A stretch of 64,000 nt of DNA from Clostridia bacterium (GTDB lineage: Bacteria; Bacillota; Clostridia; Oscillospirales; CAG-272), in the NCBI GenBank assembly GCA_017467105.1, contig JAFTSU010000002.1:40588-104587 (forward strand), read 5' to 3'. The notes under the pieces are model-generated. The model had not been told where the DNA came from and did not search any database. It saw only the letters and a program-made list of their open reading frames with translations. The translations under genes were made by a program, and so were the position numbers. Shown piece after piece: positions 38,835-48,212 of this stretch. Positions within the stretch are counted from its first letter, which is position 1. The number at the start of each line of letters is the position of its first letter.

Positions 38835-39319
38835 TGGCTAGAATTTATCTTTCATCATCCGATAAGATCATAGAGTGCGAAAACAATCTGGTAACCCTCA
38901 CTATGTCTGATGGCACCATTTACGACAGACTTGAGCCGCGCAGACTGTTCCCCGTAAGTCGCGAGGATGAATACATAACCCTCTTGGACGAGGGAGGCGT
39001 GGAGATCGCGGTAATAAGAAGACTCCGCGACGTAGATGATAACTCCGTCAAAATACTCAAAAAGAGCTTAGACGACTACTATTTGGTTCCCCATATCACG
39101 CGTATCATCTCCACGGCGGAGAAGTACGGTACGCTCCGCTGGACCGTGGAAACGGACAGAGGAATCAAGGTATTCGATATCAGAAACCGTAACCACGATA
39201 TCAGAGTATCGAAGAGCGGAACCGTCAGAGTCAGAGACGCGGACGATAACAGGTACACTATAGATAACTATCACGAGCTTGATCCGCACAGCAGAGCTCT
39301 TCTGGTGATGGATATCTGA
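38834..39319 (+). CDS. DUF1854-like protein, translationally coupled to the ABC exporter
   Basis: TGATG overlap with the upstream stop. 161 aa with RRLFPVS and LDPHSRALL segments. The family call is from memory only. Confidence 0.45.
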   Translation: MARIYLSSSDKIIECENNLVTLTMSDGTIYDRLEPRRLFPVSREDEYITLLDEGGVEIAVIRRLRDVDDNSVKILKKSLDDYYLVPHITRIISTAEKYGTLRWTVETDRGIKVFDIRNRNHDIRVSKSGTVRVRDADDNRYTIDNYHELDPHSRALLVMDI

Positions 39320-39428
39320 TAGCTCATATTAAGATCAGAGCGTTTTTCGAGCTCGACCAACCAGTTTGATGCGTCGGTGATCATTTTGTAAAAAATCAAT
39401 CGCATCATTTATTCTCGGTTTTACACCG

Positions 39429-39443
39429 AAAATGTAAACAATT
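39429..39443 (-). repeat. 15-mer AATTGTTTACATTTT (14/15) on the minus strand
   Basis: It lies 7 nt downstream (on the minus strand) of the GH2 terminator. Confidence 0.7.
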
Positions 39444-39449
39444 ATCCAC

Positions 39450-39497
39450 AAAAAGCTCACCCTTCGGTAAAAACCGTCGGGTGAGCTTTTTATTTTT
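39450..39497 (-). terminator. Intrinsic terminator of the GH2 gene
   Basis: AAAAGCTCACCC...GGGTGAGCTTTT stem. Confidence 0.7.
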
Positions 39498-39522
39498 TAG
39501 TCCTATTTATTGGACGGATATT

Positions 39523-41790
39523 TTATTTCTTTGCGCTCTTGGGCTTTCTGATGCGGTTGAGCTGCTTATTAAGCTTGAGAAGCTCCTCCTTCGTGAAGGA
39601 AACGTTCATCATAGCCATCATAGTAGTGAGACGAAGAACGGTAAAGCCGCCCATCATCTGCATAAGTCCGCCGCCGGAGGAAAGATCAACGTCAAAGCCG
39701 CCGGACTTCTTCTCGCCGCTCTTACCCTCGTTCATCTTCTTCTTGATCTTCAGACCCATTTTTACAAACCAAATCTTGCCGAAGAAGGTGTTCATAATAT
39801 CGCCAAGCTTATCGTTAAGAGAGAAGCGTCCCTCGGGTGCGTCGATGTCGAACCAGTTGAGAACCGCGCCCTTCTCTACGAGAACGTAGTCCATATTCAT
39901 CTCGTCTACCTTGCGGATCTTGCCCTCATCTGACAGCTCGCCCGCCTTGGCAACGATCGTGCTCTCACCAACATTCTTCACGTCGAAGTAGAAGAAGTGA
40001 TCGGGAGCGGTCTTCTTGCCGATAGACTCACCGTTTACAAACAGCTCTACCTCGGGTAGATTTGAATATACCGTTACCTTGGTAACGTCCTCAACTCTAT
40101 CAACGTATCTCTTGCCGCAAAGGTGTACGAAGGGCTCGTCGGAAAGCCAAGCCTTGTAAGCGTAGAAGGCATCCTTCTTGTACTTACGGTCCATAGTCAT
40201 AAGACCCTTGTGGTTCTGTCCGTTCTCACCGCCCTCTGCTCTCGCGTCCGCGCCGAAGTCGAACATATTCCATACGTGAGTCGCCCACATATATTTTCTC
40301 GTGAAGAGCTGCTTGATAAGCTCCTCGTGATAGAATGCCTGATACTCCTCGGTGTAGTCGCCCTGCTTTGGATCGGAGGTATGCCAGTTAAGCGCCTCGC
40401 AGCCGTACTCGGAGCAGCCGATCGGAATAGTGGGGTGAGTTTCATGGAACTTGTCAAACCAAGGTCCGTTCATAGACGTATCACCGCCGTACCAGCCGAA
40501 GTAGTGGTTATACGAAACAACGTCTGGGATCTGAAGGTAGGGATCGTCCATCTTACACATAGAAACAGCCGCGATCGTGGTCTTTCTGGTGCTGTCCATC
40601 TTGTGACAGAGATCGTTAAGAATTCTGTGGTTCTCGAGAAGGTCCTCGTCAGAGCCGCCGATAGAGATCTCGTTTGAAAGACCCCATACTACGATAGATG
40701 GGTGGTTATAGTTCTGGGCGATAAGCTCGGTCATCTGAGATACGGTGTTAGCGCGGCCTGCGGGCATATGCTTTGAGATATATGGGATCTCCGCCCAGAT
40801 AACAAGACCATTCTCGTCGCAAAGATCATAGAAATACTGATCGTGCTGATAGTGAGCCAGACGGATGGTGGTTGCGCCAACCTCCATAATAAGCTCGATA
40901 TCCTCCTTGTGATGCTCGGGAAGAAGAGCGTTACCAAAGCCGAATCTGTCCTGATGGCGAGATACGCCGCGAAGAGGATATTCCTCGCCGTTAAGTATAA
41001 ATCCGCGGTTGGGATCTATCTCGTAGGTACGTACGCCAAAGCGCGAGCAAACGTTATCTACTACCTCGTCGCCTCTTACAAGCTCTGCCTCACAGCAATA
41101 GAGGTAAGGATCGCGGCGGCCGTTCCAGAGGTGAACGTCCTTGATCTCAAAGACGATCTTCTTGTCAGTGGACTCGATTTTCTGAAGCTCATTCTCTTCC
41201 TTATCGTATAAGGTATAAACAATCTTCTCGCCATCCTTCAACTCGGTGGTGTAGACCTCAACCTCAACGAATGCGTCAGCGCCGTTTACCGCGGGAGTGA
41301 TCTTGATGCCGGGAGCACCGAAGTAATCAAGATCAAAGTGTGACTCGTCAACCGTAACGAGATAAACGTCACGGTACAATCCGCCGTAGAACGTGAAGTC
41401 AGCCATCTGAGGATACACGAAATCATTGGGCGCGTTGTCTACGATAATAGAGATCTCGTTGTCGCCGTCGGTAAGCGCGTCGGTAATATTAACTCTCCAG
41501 GTGGAGTAGCCGCCGTCGTGGTGAGCCAGCGCCTTGCCGTTTACGTAAACGTCAGCGGAGGAGTTCGCGCCGCGGATCTCGAGATAGTGAAGCCCCTCGG
41601 GAAGAGAGCCGGTATTAAGTGTTTTCTTATAAAGACAGCTGCCGCGGAAATAGTCGTTACCGCCGTCAAAGCCGTCCTCGGCATTATAGGTGTGGGGCAG
41701 ATCTACGGTTACAAACTCACCCTCTGCCGCAATATCTGAGGTGCCCTTAAGGAAGGACCAGCCCTCGTTAAGCTTGATAATGCTTCTCAT
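39523..41790 (-). CDS. Glycoside hydrolase family 2 enzyme (beta-glucuronidase/beta-galactosidase class) with a C-terminal extension of about 110 aa
   Basis: 755 aa. The GH2 sugar-binding, Ig-like and TIM-barrel order is present, with NHPSIVVWGLSNE. Context is a GPH transporter plus a divergent TetR regulator (uidR/uidA/uidB-like layout). Confidence 0.8.
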   Translation of the reverse strand: MRSIIKLNEGWSFLKGTSDIAAEGEFVTVDLPHTYNAEDGFDGGNDYFRGSCLYKKTLNTGSLPEGLHYLEIRGANSSADVYVNGKALAHHDGGYSTWRVNITDALTDGDNEISIIVDNAPNDFVYPQMADFTFYGGLYRDVYLVTVDESHFDLDYFGAPGIKITPAVNGADAFVEVEVYTTELKDGEKIVYTLYDKEENELQKIESTDKKIVFEIKDVHLWNGRRDPYLYCCEAELVRGDEVVDNVCSRFGVRTYEIDPNRGFILNGEEYPLRGVSRHQDRFGFGNALLPEHHKEDIELIMEVGATTIRLAHYQHDQYFYDLCDENGLVIWAEIPYISKHMPAGRANTVSQMTELIAQNYNHPSIVVWGLSNEISIGGSDEDLLENHRILNDLCHKMDSTRKTTIAAVSMCKMDDPYLQIPDVVSYNHYFGWYGGDTSMNGPWFDKFHETHPTIPIGCSEYGCEALNWHTSDPKQGDYTEEYQAFYHEELIKQLFTRKYMWATHVWNMFDFGADARAEGGENGQNHKGLMTMDRKYKKDAFYAYKAWLSDEPFVHLCGKRYVDRVEDVTKVTVYSNLPEVELFVNGESIGKKTAPDHFFYFDVKNVGESTIVAKAGELSDEGKIRKVDEMNMDYVLVEKGAVLNWFDIDAPEGRFSLNDKLGDIMNTFFGKIWFVKMGLKIKKKMNEGKSGEKKSGGFDVDLSSGGGLMQMMGGFTVLRLTTMMAMMNVSFTKEELLKLNKQLNRIRKPKSAKK

Positions 41791-41932
41791 TTTTTCTCCT
41801 TTTTCCTTTTGTCATAGCCGGGCAACCGAAACTCAAGCCGCCAAGCCGTATTGATCGCCGTAATGAATGATATACAATTGCTATTATAATTACAGTAAAC
41901 AGATATATTCATTTGATTAACAAAAATCAGGC

Positions 41933-41947
41933 GAAATGTAAATAATT
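41933..41947 (-). repeat. 15-mer AATTATTTACATTTC (14/15) on the minus strand
   Basis: It lies just downstream (on the minus strand) of the transporter terminator hairpin and upstream of the GH2 gene. Confidence 0.7.
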
Positions 41948-41950
41948 GTT

Positions 41951-41993
41951 TAAAATTGCGGCGCCCGACGCTTGTTTTTGCCGGACGCCGCAA
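41951..41993 (-). terminator. Imperfect GC-rich hairpin after the transporter gene
   Basis: TTGCGGCG...CGCCGCAA followed by TTTTA on the minus strand. Confidence 0.45.
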
Positions 41994-42018
41994 TACATTG
42001 ATTTGATGGAACTATTTA

Positions 42019-43626
42019 TTAAACAGACTCTGCAACGTCAGAAGTTTCCTTACGGGAAGCGAGATCCTCAGTCATTTTTACAAGAGTCTTTTGGTCGATG
42101 TTATAAATAACGGAAACACCTACGAACTGACATACGGCGCTCAGAGCATAAAGAGCAGCAACGAGCCAGCAAAGATTAGCCGCAGTCTCAGGAGACTGAC
42201 CGATAGTACCGAGTGAGGAAACGTAACCGATGAGGGGAGTTCCCATTATTGCGATAACCGCTGCAGGACCTACGCCCTGAGCCAGCTTTCTGAAGAATGA
42301 GTGAAGAGCGTATACTACGCTTTCCTCTCTCTTGCCGGTTTTCCATTCCTGATAATCGATAGCATCACCCATCATAGCCCAGGATACGCAGTTATAGAAG
42401 CCCATACCAAGACCGAAGAATATAAGACCGATCATATAGATGATGAGCTGGATATCCTTGGGGCAAAGCGGGAAGATGCAAAGAATTGCGGCACCGATAA
42501 GTCCGGCAATGGAGCCTATGGACGCAACCTCTTTTTTACCGTACTTTTTAACAAGCTTGGTAGCGAAGGGCATAAAGATGAACATAGGAAGGAATCCTAC
42601 CATCATTACAACACCGGAAAGAGACGCCTGACCGAAATGGGTCGCAAACATAATAGTGTTAGCAGTAGATGCAGATTGCATGCCAAGGAACATACCCATA
42701 GCAGCAACAGTACATCCGACAGCAGGTCTGTTCTTCACGAACGCGCCAAGGGACTTAATAAGATTAATCTTTTCACCGGTTTCCTGGTTAAGCTCTGCAT
42801 ACTCATTGCCGCGGATAGTGATATTCTTGATCATAAAGATGAAGAATACGAATGCGATAATACCCATAATAAGAGCTGCAAGGAATACTCTGTCTCCGAG
42901 AAGAACCTCTATCTGACCGCCGGTCAGGGGGCTGAGAACCTTGTCACCTGCCACGTATGCTTCACCGTTCGTGGGATTCTTAAGGAAGTTTTCAGGAGCG
43001 AATGCGCCCTCTGCGCCCTCGGGAATCTCGATCTTATCAAGGAACCAGGTTGGATTAGCGGGATCAAAAGTAACCTTCTGCCAAATAAGCATAGGAAGAA
43101 TGATACCGGGAACCATACCGCCAATCGCACCGCCGATAGATCTGAATACGGAGAGCTGTGCTCTCTCACCGGCATCGTCGGTAACGATATTGAGCATCGT
43201 GCCGTAAGGAACGTTCGCCATTGTATAGGCAGCATCCCAAATGATGTATCCAATAACGAAGAGTATAGCCTTAAGCCACATATCTGCTTTCGGGAAAGGA
43301 AGGAATACAGCCGCGCCACCTACGAGAAGGCCTATAGCGCCGATAAGTATATACGTTTTATACTTTCCCATTTTGTATTTTCTCTTATCCGCATCAATAA
43401 GAGAACCGATAAGCGGGTCGTTAACAGCGTCCCACGCCTGAACAAGCAGAAGAAGAATCGAGAAAAGTCCCGTCTCCATCATCATGTAAACAAGCCAGAA
43501 CGTCTGTACGGTAGACTTAAGACCGAAGCTTAAGTTACAGCCCGCGTCGCCTGCAGCATACGCAAGTTTATCTCTTATGCCAAACTTACGCTTGCCGTTA
43601 GCATCAAGTTGAACTTGTTTTGCCAT
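42019..43626 (-). CDS. GPH-family sugar/glucuronide transporter
   Basis: 535 aa, 12 TM segments with a long central loop. N-terminus DKLAYAAGDAG. Confidence 0.75.
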   Translation of the reverse strand: MAKQVQLDANGKRKFGIRDKLAYAAGDAGCNLSFGLKSTVQTFWLVYMMMETGLFSILLLLVQAWDAVNDPLIGSLIDADKRKYKMGKYKTYILIGAIGLLVGGAAVFLPFPKADMWLKAILFVIGYIIWDAAYTMANVPYGTMLNIVTDDAGERAQLSVFRSIGGAIGGMVPGIILPMLIWQKVTFDPANPTWFLDKIEIPEGAEGAFAPENFLKNPTNGEAYVAGDKVLSPLTGGQIEVLLGDRVFLAALIMGIIAFVFFIFMIKNITIRGNEYAELNQETGEKINLIKSLGAFVKNRPAVGCTVAAMGMFLGMQSASTANTIMFATHFGQASLSGVVMMVGFLPMFIFMPFATKLVKKYGKKEVASIGSIAGLIGAAILCIFPLCPKDIQLIIYMIGLIFFGLGMGFYNCVSWAMMGDAIDYQEWKTGKREESVVYALHSFFRKLAQGVGPAAVIAIMGTPLIGYVSSLGTIGQSPETAANLCWLVAALYALSAVCQFVGVSVIYNIDQKTLVKMTEDLASRKETSDVAESV

Positions 43627-43815
43627 TTTTGAGTTTCCTCCAAATTATTATTTTTTATATACAACCTTTTTAATTATAGCAAATAAAAAACAATAATAGA
43701 AGTCCCAAAGTGCCACTTTTGTGACACCCTATGACAAAATTTATTCATAAAATATAGTCAAAATGCACAATTTTTTAAACAATTTACTCAATTTTTGCCA
43801 TTTTTTGCATTTCTA

Positions 43816-43845
43816 TTGACTCGCGTTGCACTGATTTGGTATAAT
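43816..43845 (+). promoter_or_regulatory. Sigma-A promoter with extended -10
   Basis: TTGACT, 18-nt spacer, TGG-TATAAT. Confidence 0.5.
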
Positions 43846-43912
43846 TATAAAGGATAAACAGCTCAGAAATATATTACCTAATCAACGCGGTAGCGGCAGG
43901 ATAGGAGGCAGA

Positions 43913-44503
43913 ATGTATAAGCTTTGTAAAACCGAGCAATCCACCCTAAGACAACGGCAGATCGAGAGAGAGCTTCTCTCGTTAATGAATCAGAAGAGCT
44001 TTGAGGAAATAACAGTAACCGAGCTCTCTGACAGGCTCTCTATGCCGAGAAAGGCGTTTTACCGGTACTTTGACAGCAAGGAGGACGCGCTCTACGCTCT
44101 TATTGATCACACCATGGCAGAGTACACGGATATGACCATGGACAAAAGCGGTGAGACAAACCGTTCTCTCCTTAACGAGCTTGACGAGTATTTTAAATTC
44201 TGGGTAGAGAAAAAGGATCTGCTTTACGCTCTTGACAAATCGGGAATAATCGGCACACTGATAGAGCGGACCGTAAACTTTCCTCTGGGTGACAGAATAG
44301 CAGTGGCGAAGTTTCTGCCCGACGAGGATATGGAAACCAGAACCAGAATATTCAAATTTGCCTTTGCAGGACTGACCTACGTTATGATAGAGTGGTACAG
44401 AGGTGGTTTTTCCACGCCAACGAGAGATATGGCAAGGCTGGCTGTCAGAACCTTCTGTCAACCGCTGTTCCCCGTTCTGAAGGATTTCAATACCTGTAAA
44501 TAA
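43913..44503 (+). CDS. TetR/AcrR-family transcriptional regulator
   Basis: 196 aa with an N-terminal HTH (ITVTELSDRLSMPRKAFYRYF). It is divergent from the transporter/GH2 operon. Confidence 0.8.
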   Translation: MYKLCKTEQSTLRQRQIERELLSLMNQKSFEEITVTELSDRLSMPRKAFYRYFDSKEDALYALIDHTMAEYTDMTMDKSGETNRSLLNELDEYFKFWVEKKDLLYALDKSGIIGTLIERTVNFPLGDRIAVAKFLPDEDMETRTRIFKFAFAGLTYVMIEWYRGGFSTPTRDMARLAVRTFCQPLFPVLKDFNTCK

Positions 44504-44505
44504 AT

Positions 44506-44550
44506 AACGAGAGGCTGCCCGTTCGGAGCGGTCTCTCGTTTTATTTTTTC
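44506..44550 (+). terminator. Intrinsic terminator
   Basis: AACGAGAG...CTCTCGTT stem plus a T tract. Confidence 0.6.
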
Positions 44551-44675
44551 TTACTGTTAGATCAATCTTTTAATCAAATCGCCACGGCATAAGCGTAAGC
44601 ATTCCAACGATTATTTCTCTGTTTGATCATCTTAATCTTTTCCGCAACAAGCTTCAAATCAACGCAAAAACCTAT

Positions 44676-44690
44676 GTTTTGTAAATAATT
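44676..44690 (-). repeat. 15-mer partial copy (AATTATTTACA then AAAC) on the minus strand
   Basis: 11/15 match. It lies about 25 nt downstream of the methyltransferase stop codon. Confidence 0.4.
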
Positions 44691-44717
44691 ATTGTCATTT
44701 ATCCCATTCTCAGCTTT

Positions 44718-45833
44718 TTATCTCTTGAAGTATTGGTAGAGATAACAGGGCAGCATTCCATTATACAGCTTTCTCACCTTGTCCGCGCGCTTACCGTAGA
44801 ATCGCTCAAAGGATGGATGGGAGGTAATAACGTACACCTGCCAGGGAGAGAGAGAACGGAAATGCTCTCCGATCTCAACGTATAGCCTCTCCGCCTCGCT
44901 CCTGGTTCCAAGCCTTTCGCCGTACGGGGGATTTGTGACGATGGTTCCACGTCTTCCCTCAGCGGATATACGTCGTGCATCCATCGAAAACACCTTAACG
45001 GTATCACTGACACCCGCAAGCCTTACGTTCTTCTCCGCCAGAGCTACAGCCGAAGGATCAATATCAGACGCATACGCCTGAAATTCCGTCGGATGCTCGC
45101 CGTCTCTTGCCTCTTCCCTGGCGGATAGCCACAGCTTTTTATCAATAAACGGAAATTCCTCAGCGGCAAAGGACCGGCTCACGCCCGGAGCGATACCCCT
45201 CATCTGCATAGCTGCCTCGATGGCGATAGTGCCGCTGCCGCACATCGGGTCCCAGAGCAGCACGTTCTCACGGGGTCTCGAAATCGCCGCGATAGCCGCA
45301 GCCAGCGTTTCTCTTATCGGTGCGCCCAGCGCATCACGTCTGTACCCTCTCTTGTGAAGAGGTGTACCCGAGGTGTCGATCATAAGGGTAGCCATGTCGT
45401 TAAGTATGAAAAATTCAATCTGTAATTTAACACGCTCCTCGGGAAATACGGATATTCCATACCTTTCGCCAAGAGAGCGGACCACCGCCTTTTTCACTAT
45501 AGACTGACAGTCCGGGATAGAATGAAGCTTGGATTTTATGGCGTGTCCCTTAACGGGAAAGGCGTCGTCTCTGCCTATAAAGTTCGACCAAGGCAACGCT
45601 CGCGTTCCCTCAAACAGCTCGTCAAAGCTCTCCGCTCTGAACGAGCCTACCTTTATAAAGACCCTCTCCGCGTATCTCAAAAATATATTTGACAGGCATA
45701 CTGCCTCAAGGTCTCCGAGAAAGGTAATACGACCGTCTATCGTGGATATCCTCTCATATCCCAGCGCCTCGATCTCCTCGCCCAGAAGATGCTCCAGACC
45801 AAACAGACAGGTTGCGACAAGCTCAAGTTTCAT
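44718..45833 (-). CDS. THUMP-domain class I SAM-dependent RNA methyltransferase (RlmL/YpsC-like)
   Basis: The NPPYGERLG motif is present. The start is moved to MKLELVATCLFGLE (ATG 45833). Confidence 0.8.
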   Translation of the reverse strand: MKLELVATCLFGLEHLLGEEIEALGYERISTIDGRITFLGDLEAVCLSNIFLRYAERVFIKVGSFRAESFDELFEGTRALPWSNFIGRDDAFPVKGHAIKSKLHSIPDCQSIVKKAVVRSLGERYGISVFPEERVKLQIEFFILNDMATLMIDTSGTPLHKRGYRRDALGAPIRETLAAAIAAISRPRENVLLWDPMCGSGTIAIEAAMQMRGIAPGVSRSFAAEEFPFIDKKLWLSAREEARDGEHPTEFQAYASDIDPSAVALAEKNVRLAGVSDTVKVFSMDARRISAEGRRGTIVTNPPYGERLGTRSEAERLYVEIGEHFRSLSPWQVYVITSHPSFERFYGKRADKVRKLYNGMLPCYLYQYFKR

Positions 45834-46022
45834 ATATTTACTCCGTTTAGCTTTGATACGGCGGACCCTGAGCAGAGCTATCTCTGTGTCCGCCACAACA
45901 AATATTATACATTTCATCCGTCCGCTTGTCAAGAACAACGTCCGTCAGAGAAGGTAACGACCAGTATTTATCAAAAGTCTGACGGCAATTAAATCAGCGC
46001 CGGGTCAGCCACGCTTAAAGTA

Positions 46023-46051
46023 TTGACAAATCCCGGCTTTTCATTTATAAT
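46023..46051 (+). promoter_or_regulatory. Sigma-A promoter
   Basis: TTGACA, 17-nt spacer, TATAAT. Confidence 0.55.
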
Positions 46052-46114
46052 TATCCTATATTACGTTAAGCTTGTAAAGCTTAAGAAAATTTTACACGTT
46101 TTATGGAGGCAAAT

Positions 46115-47170
46115 ATGAATATTATCAAAAACGTAAGGCTGAACGGCGAGATCACAGACATTGGAATTGAGGACGGCGTTATCGTCAAGATCGGAAAAAT
46201 CGACGGCAACGGCACAGACTTCGGCGGCGCGGAGATCTATCCCGGACTTATAGATATACACACTCACGGCTGCGTGGGCAAGGACACTATGGAGTGCGAG
46301 CTTGAGGAAATGTCCCGTCATATGCTGGAGGTTGGCGTAACCACCTGGTACCCCACCACCATGACAATGAGTGAGGAGGAGATCATCAAGGCAACCGAGG
46401 TAGACATTACCAAGGTTGGCGGAGCCAATATCCCCGGCTTCCACCTTGAAGGCCCGTTCATCAACGTAGTATACAAGGGCGCCCAGAACGAAAAATACGT
46501 AATCCCCCCGAAGATGAGTCTAGTTAAAAAGTGCAAAAACGTGAAGAAGATCACGATCGCTCCCGAGATTGATGGAGCAATGGAATTTATCAAGGAATGT
46601 GACGCGGTGGTATCTATCGGTCACTCCACCTGCGACTACGACGTGGCTAAAGAGGCGTTCAAGAACGGCGCATCCTGTCTGACACACACGTACAACTGTA
46701 TGTCGCCTATGCACCACAGAAATCCCGGTCCCATCCCGGCAGGAGCAGAGTGCGGCGCATACGCAGAGCTGATATGCGACGGAATTCACGTTCATCCCGC
46801 TATGGTCAGACTTCTTGTCAAGCTCTACGGCGAGGACAGAGTTATACTGATCAGCGACTCTATGAGAGCCGCCGGACTTGATGACGGCATATACGACCTG
46901 GGCGGTCTTCCAATTACCGTAAAAGGCGGCGTTGCTCTCACTGAAAACGGTAAGCTCGCAGGCTCCACCACCAACGTTTTCGCCTGTGTGAAGAACGCAA
47001 TATCCTTCGGTATACCCAAGGACGTAGCCGTTAAGCTGGCTACCGAAAACCCCGCCAGACTTATGGGACTTGATAAAAAGGGAAAGATCGAGGTTGGGTA
47101 CGACGCGGACTTTATTATCGTTGACTCAGACTTCAACCTTATCCGCGCCATAGCTCGCGGTGAGATCTGA
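46115..47170 (+). CDS. nagA: N-acetylglucosamine-6-phosphate deacetylase
   Basis: GLIDIHTHG and HLEGPF motifs are present. The start is at MNIIKN with GGAGG 6 nt upstream. Confidence 0.85.
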   Translation: MNIIKNVRLNGEITDIGIEDGVIVKIGKIDGNGTDFGGAEIYPGLIDIHTHGCVGKDTMECELEEMSRHMLEVGVTTWYPTTMTMSEEEIIKATEVDITKVGGANIPGFHLEGPFINVVYKGAQNEKYVIPPKMSLVKKCKNVKKITIAPEIDGAMEFIKECDAVVSIGHSTCDYDVAKEAFKNGASCLTHTYNCMSPMHHRNPGPIPAGAECGAYAELICDGIHVHPAMVRLLVKLYGEDRVILISDSMRAAGLDDGIYDLGGLPITVKGGVALTENGKLAGSTTNVFACVKNAISFGIPKDVAVKLATENPARLMGLDKKGKIEVGYDADFIIVDSDFNLIRAIARGEI

Positions 47171-47254
47171 GACCGTCTAAAAAGAGAAAAATACACTAAA
47201 AAGTTACAAAAACGGCATCACGTGTGATGATTTTTGCGACAAAAGGAGAAATAA

Positions 47255-48046
47255 ATGGGTGAGCATTTCAGCGACAGAACACGATTAATGCTCGGTGACG
47301 ACGGCTTTTTCAGGCTCTCTCGCTCAAAAGTTTGCGTGTTCGGCGTAGGTGGTGTAGGCGGATATGCGGTCGAGGCTCTGGCGAGAGCCGGTATCGGAGA
47401 GATCCACCTCGTTGACTCGGATAAGGTTTCCGTAAGCAATATCAACCGTCAGATAATCGCCACCCATAGCACCGTAGGACAGTACAAAACTGAGGTGGCG
47501 AGGGATAGAATTTTATCAATCAATCCGGATTGCAGGGTGATCTGCTATAATCTTTTCTACTCAGAGGATACCGCAGAGAAAATAGACCTCTCCGTCTACG
47601 ATTATATAATCGATGCGATCGACTCGGTGGGATCAAAGATCTTTCTCATTGCAAGCGCAAAGGCAAAGGGTGTACCGATAATTTCATCCATGGGAGCAGG
47701 CAACAAGCTTGACCCCACAGCCTTCAAGGTCGCGGATATATCCAAGACAGCCGTATGTCCTCTGGCAAAGGCGGTAAGAGTTGGACTCAGAAAGCTAGGT
47801 ATAAATCACTTGAAGGTGGTCTACTCCGAGGAGCCGCCCGCTCTTAAGCAACGTAAGGCAGAGGCGTGTGCTGCAAAAATCCAACTCTCACAGAGTGATA
47901 AAGTCGGGACTGCGGATACCTCGCAAGGCGAAGAAAAAAGCTCTCCGACGGAGAAGCGCACCCCTCCCGGTAGCCTATCCTTCGTTCCATCGACAGTTGG
48001 TCTGATCATTGCCGGCGAAGTCATACTTGATCTTTCTATACGCTAA
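47255..48046 (+). CDS. tcdA: tRNA threonylcarbamoyladenosine dehydratase (ThiF/E1-like)
   Basis: GVGGVGGYAVEALARAGIG Rossmann motif and NINRQ are present. Confidence 0.8.
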   Translation: MGEHFSDRTRLMLGDDGFFRLSRSKVCVFGVGGVGGYAVEALARAGIGEIHLVDSDKVSVSNINRQIIATHSTVGQYKTEVARDRILSINPDCRVICYNLFYSEDTAEKIDLSVYDYIIDAIDSVGSKIFLIASAKAKGVPIISSMGAGNKLDPTAFKVADISKTAVCPLAKAVRVGLRKLGINHLKVVYSEEPPALKQRKAEACAAKIQLSQSDKVGTADTSQGEEKSSPTEKRTPPGSLSFVPSTVGLIIAGEVILDLSIR

Positions 48047-48060
48047 TCCCATGACACGAT

Positions 48061-48105
48061 AAAACCGCATCTGAGAAGATATTCGGATGCGGTTTTTGTT
48101 TTTTA
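48061..48105 (+). terminator. Intrinsic terminator
   Basis: AAAACCGCATC...GATGCGGTTTT stem plus a T tract. Confidence 0.7.
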
Positions 48106-48212
48106 AAACGCATAAAAATAGTGAAAACGAGATAAAATCATAATATTTAATTTTTAAATCGTTGATTTTAAAAAGAGATGGAGATATAATAAAGAAAAAC
48201 CAGGGGGTGAAA

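Noticed and set aside
41933-41947. Resemblance of the motif complement (AAATGTAAATAATT) to the right half of Firmicute dif sites (TTATGTAAA).
   Set aside because: dif is single-copy and has a 28-bp bipartite structure. Here there are at least 6 copies and no left half-site.
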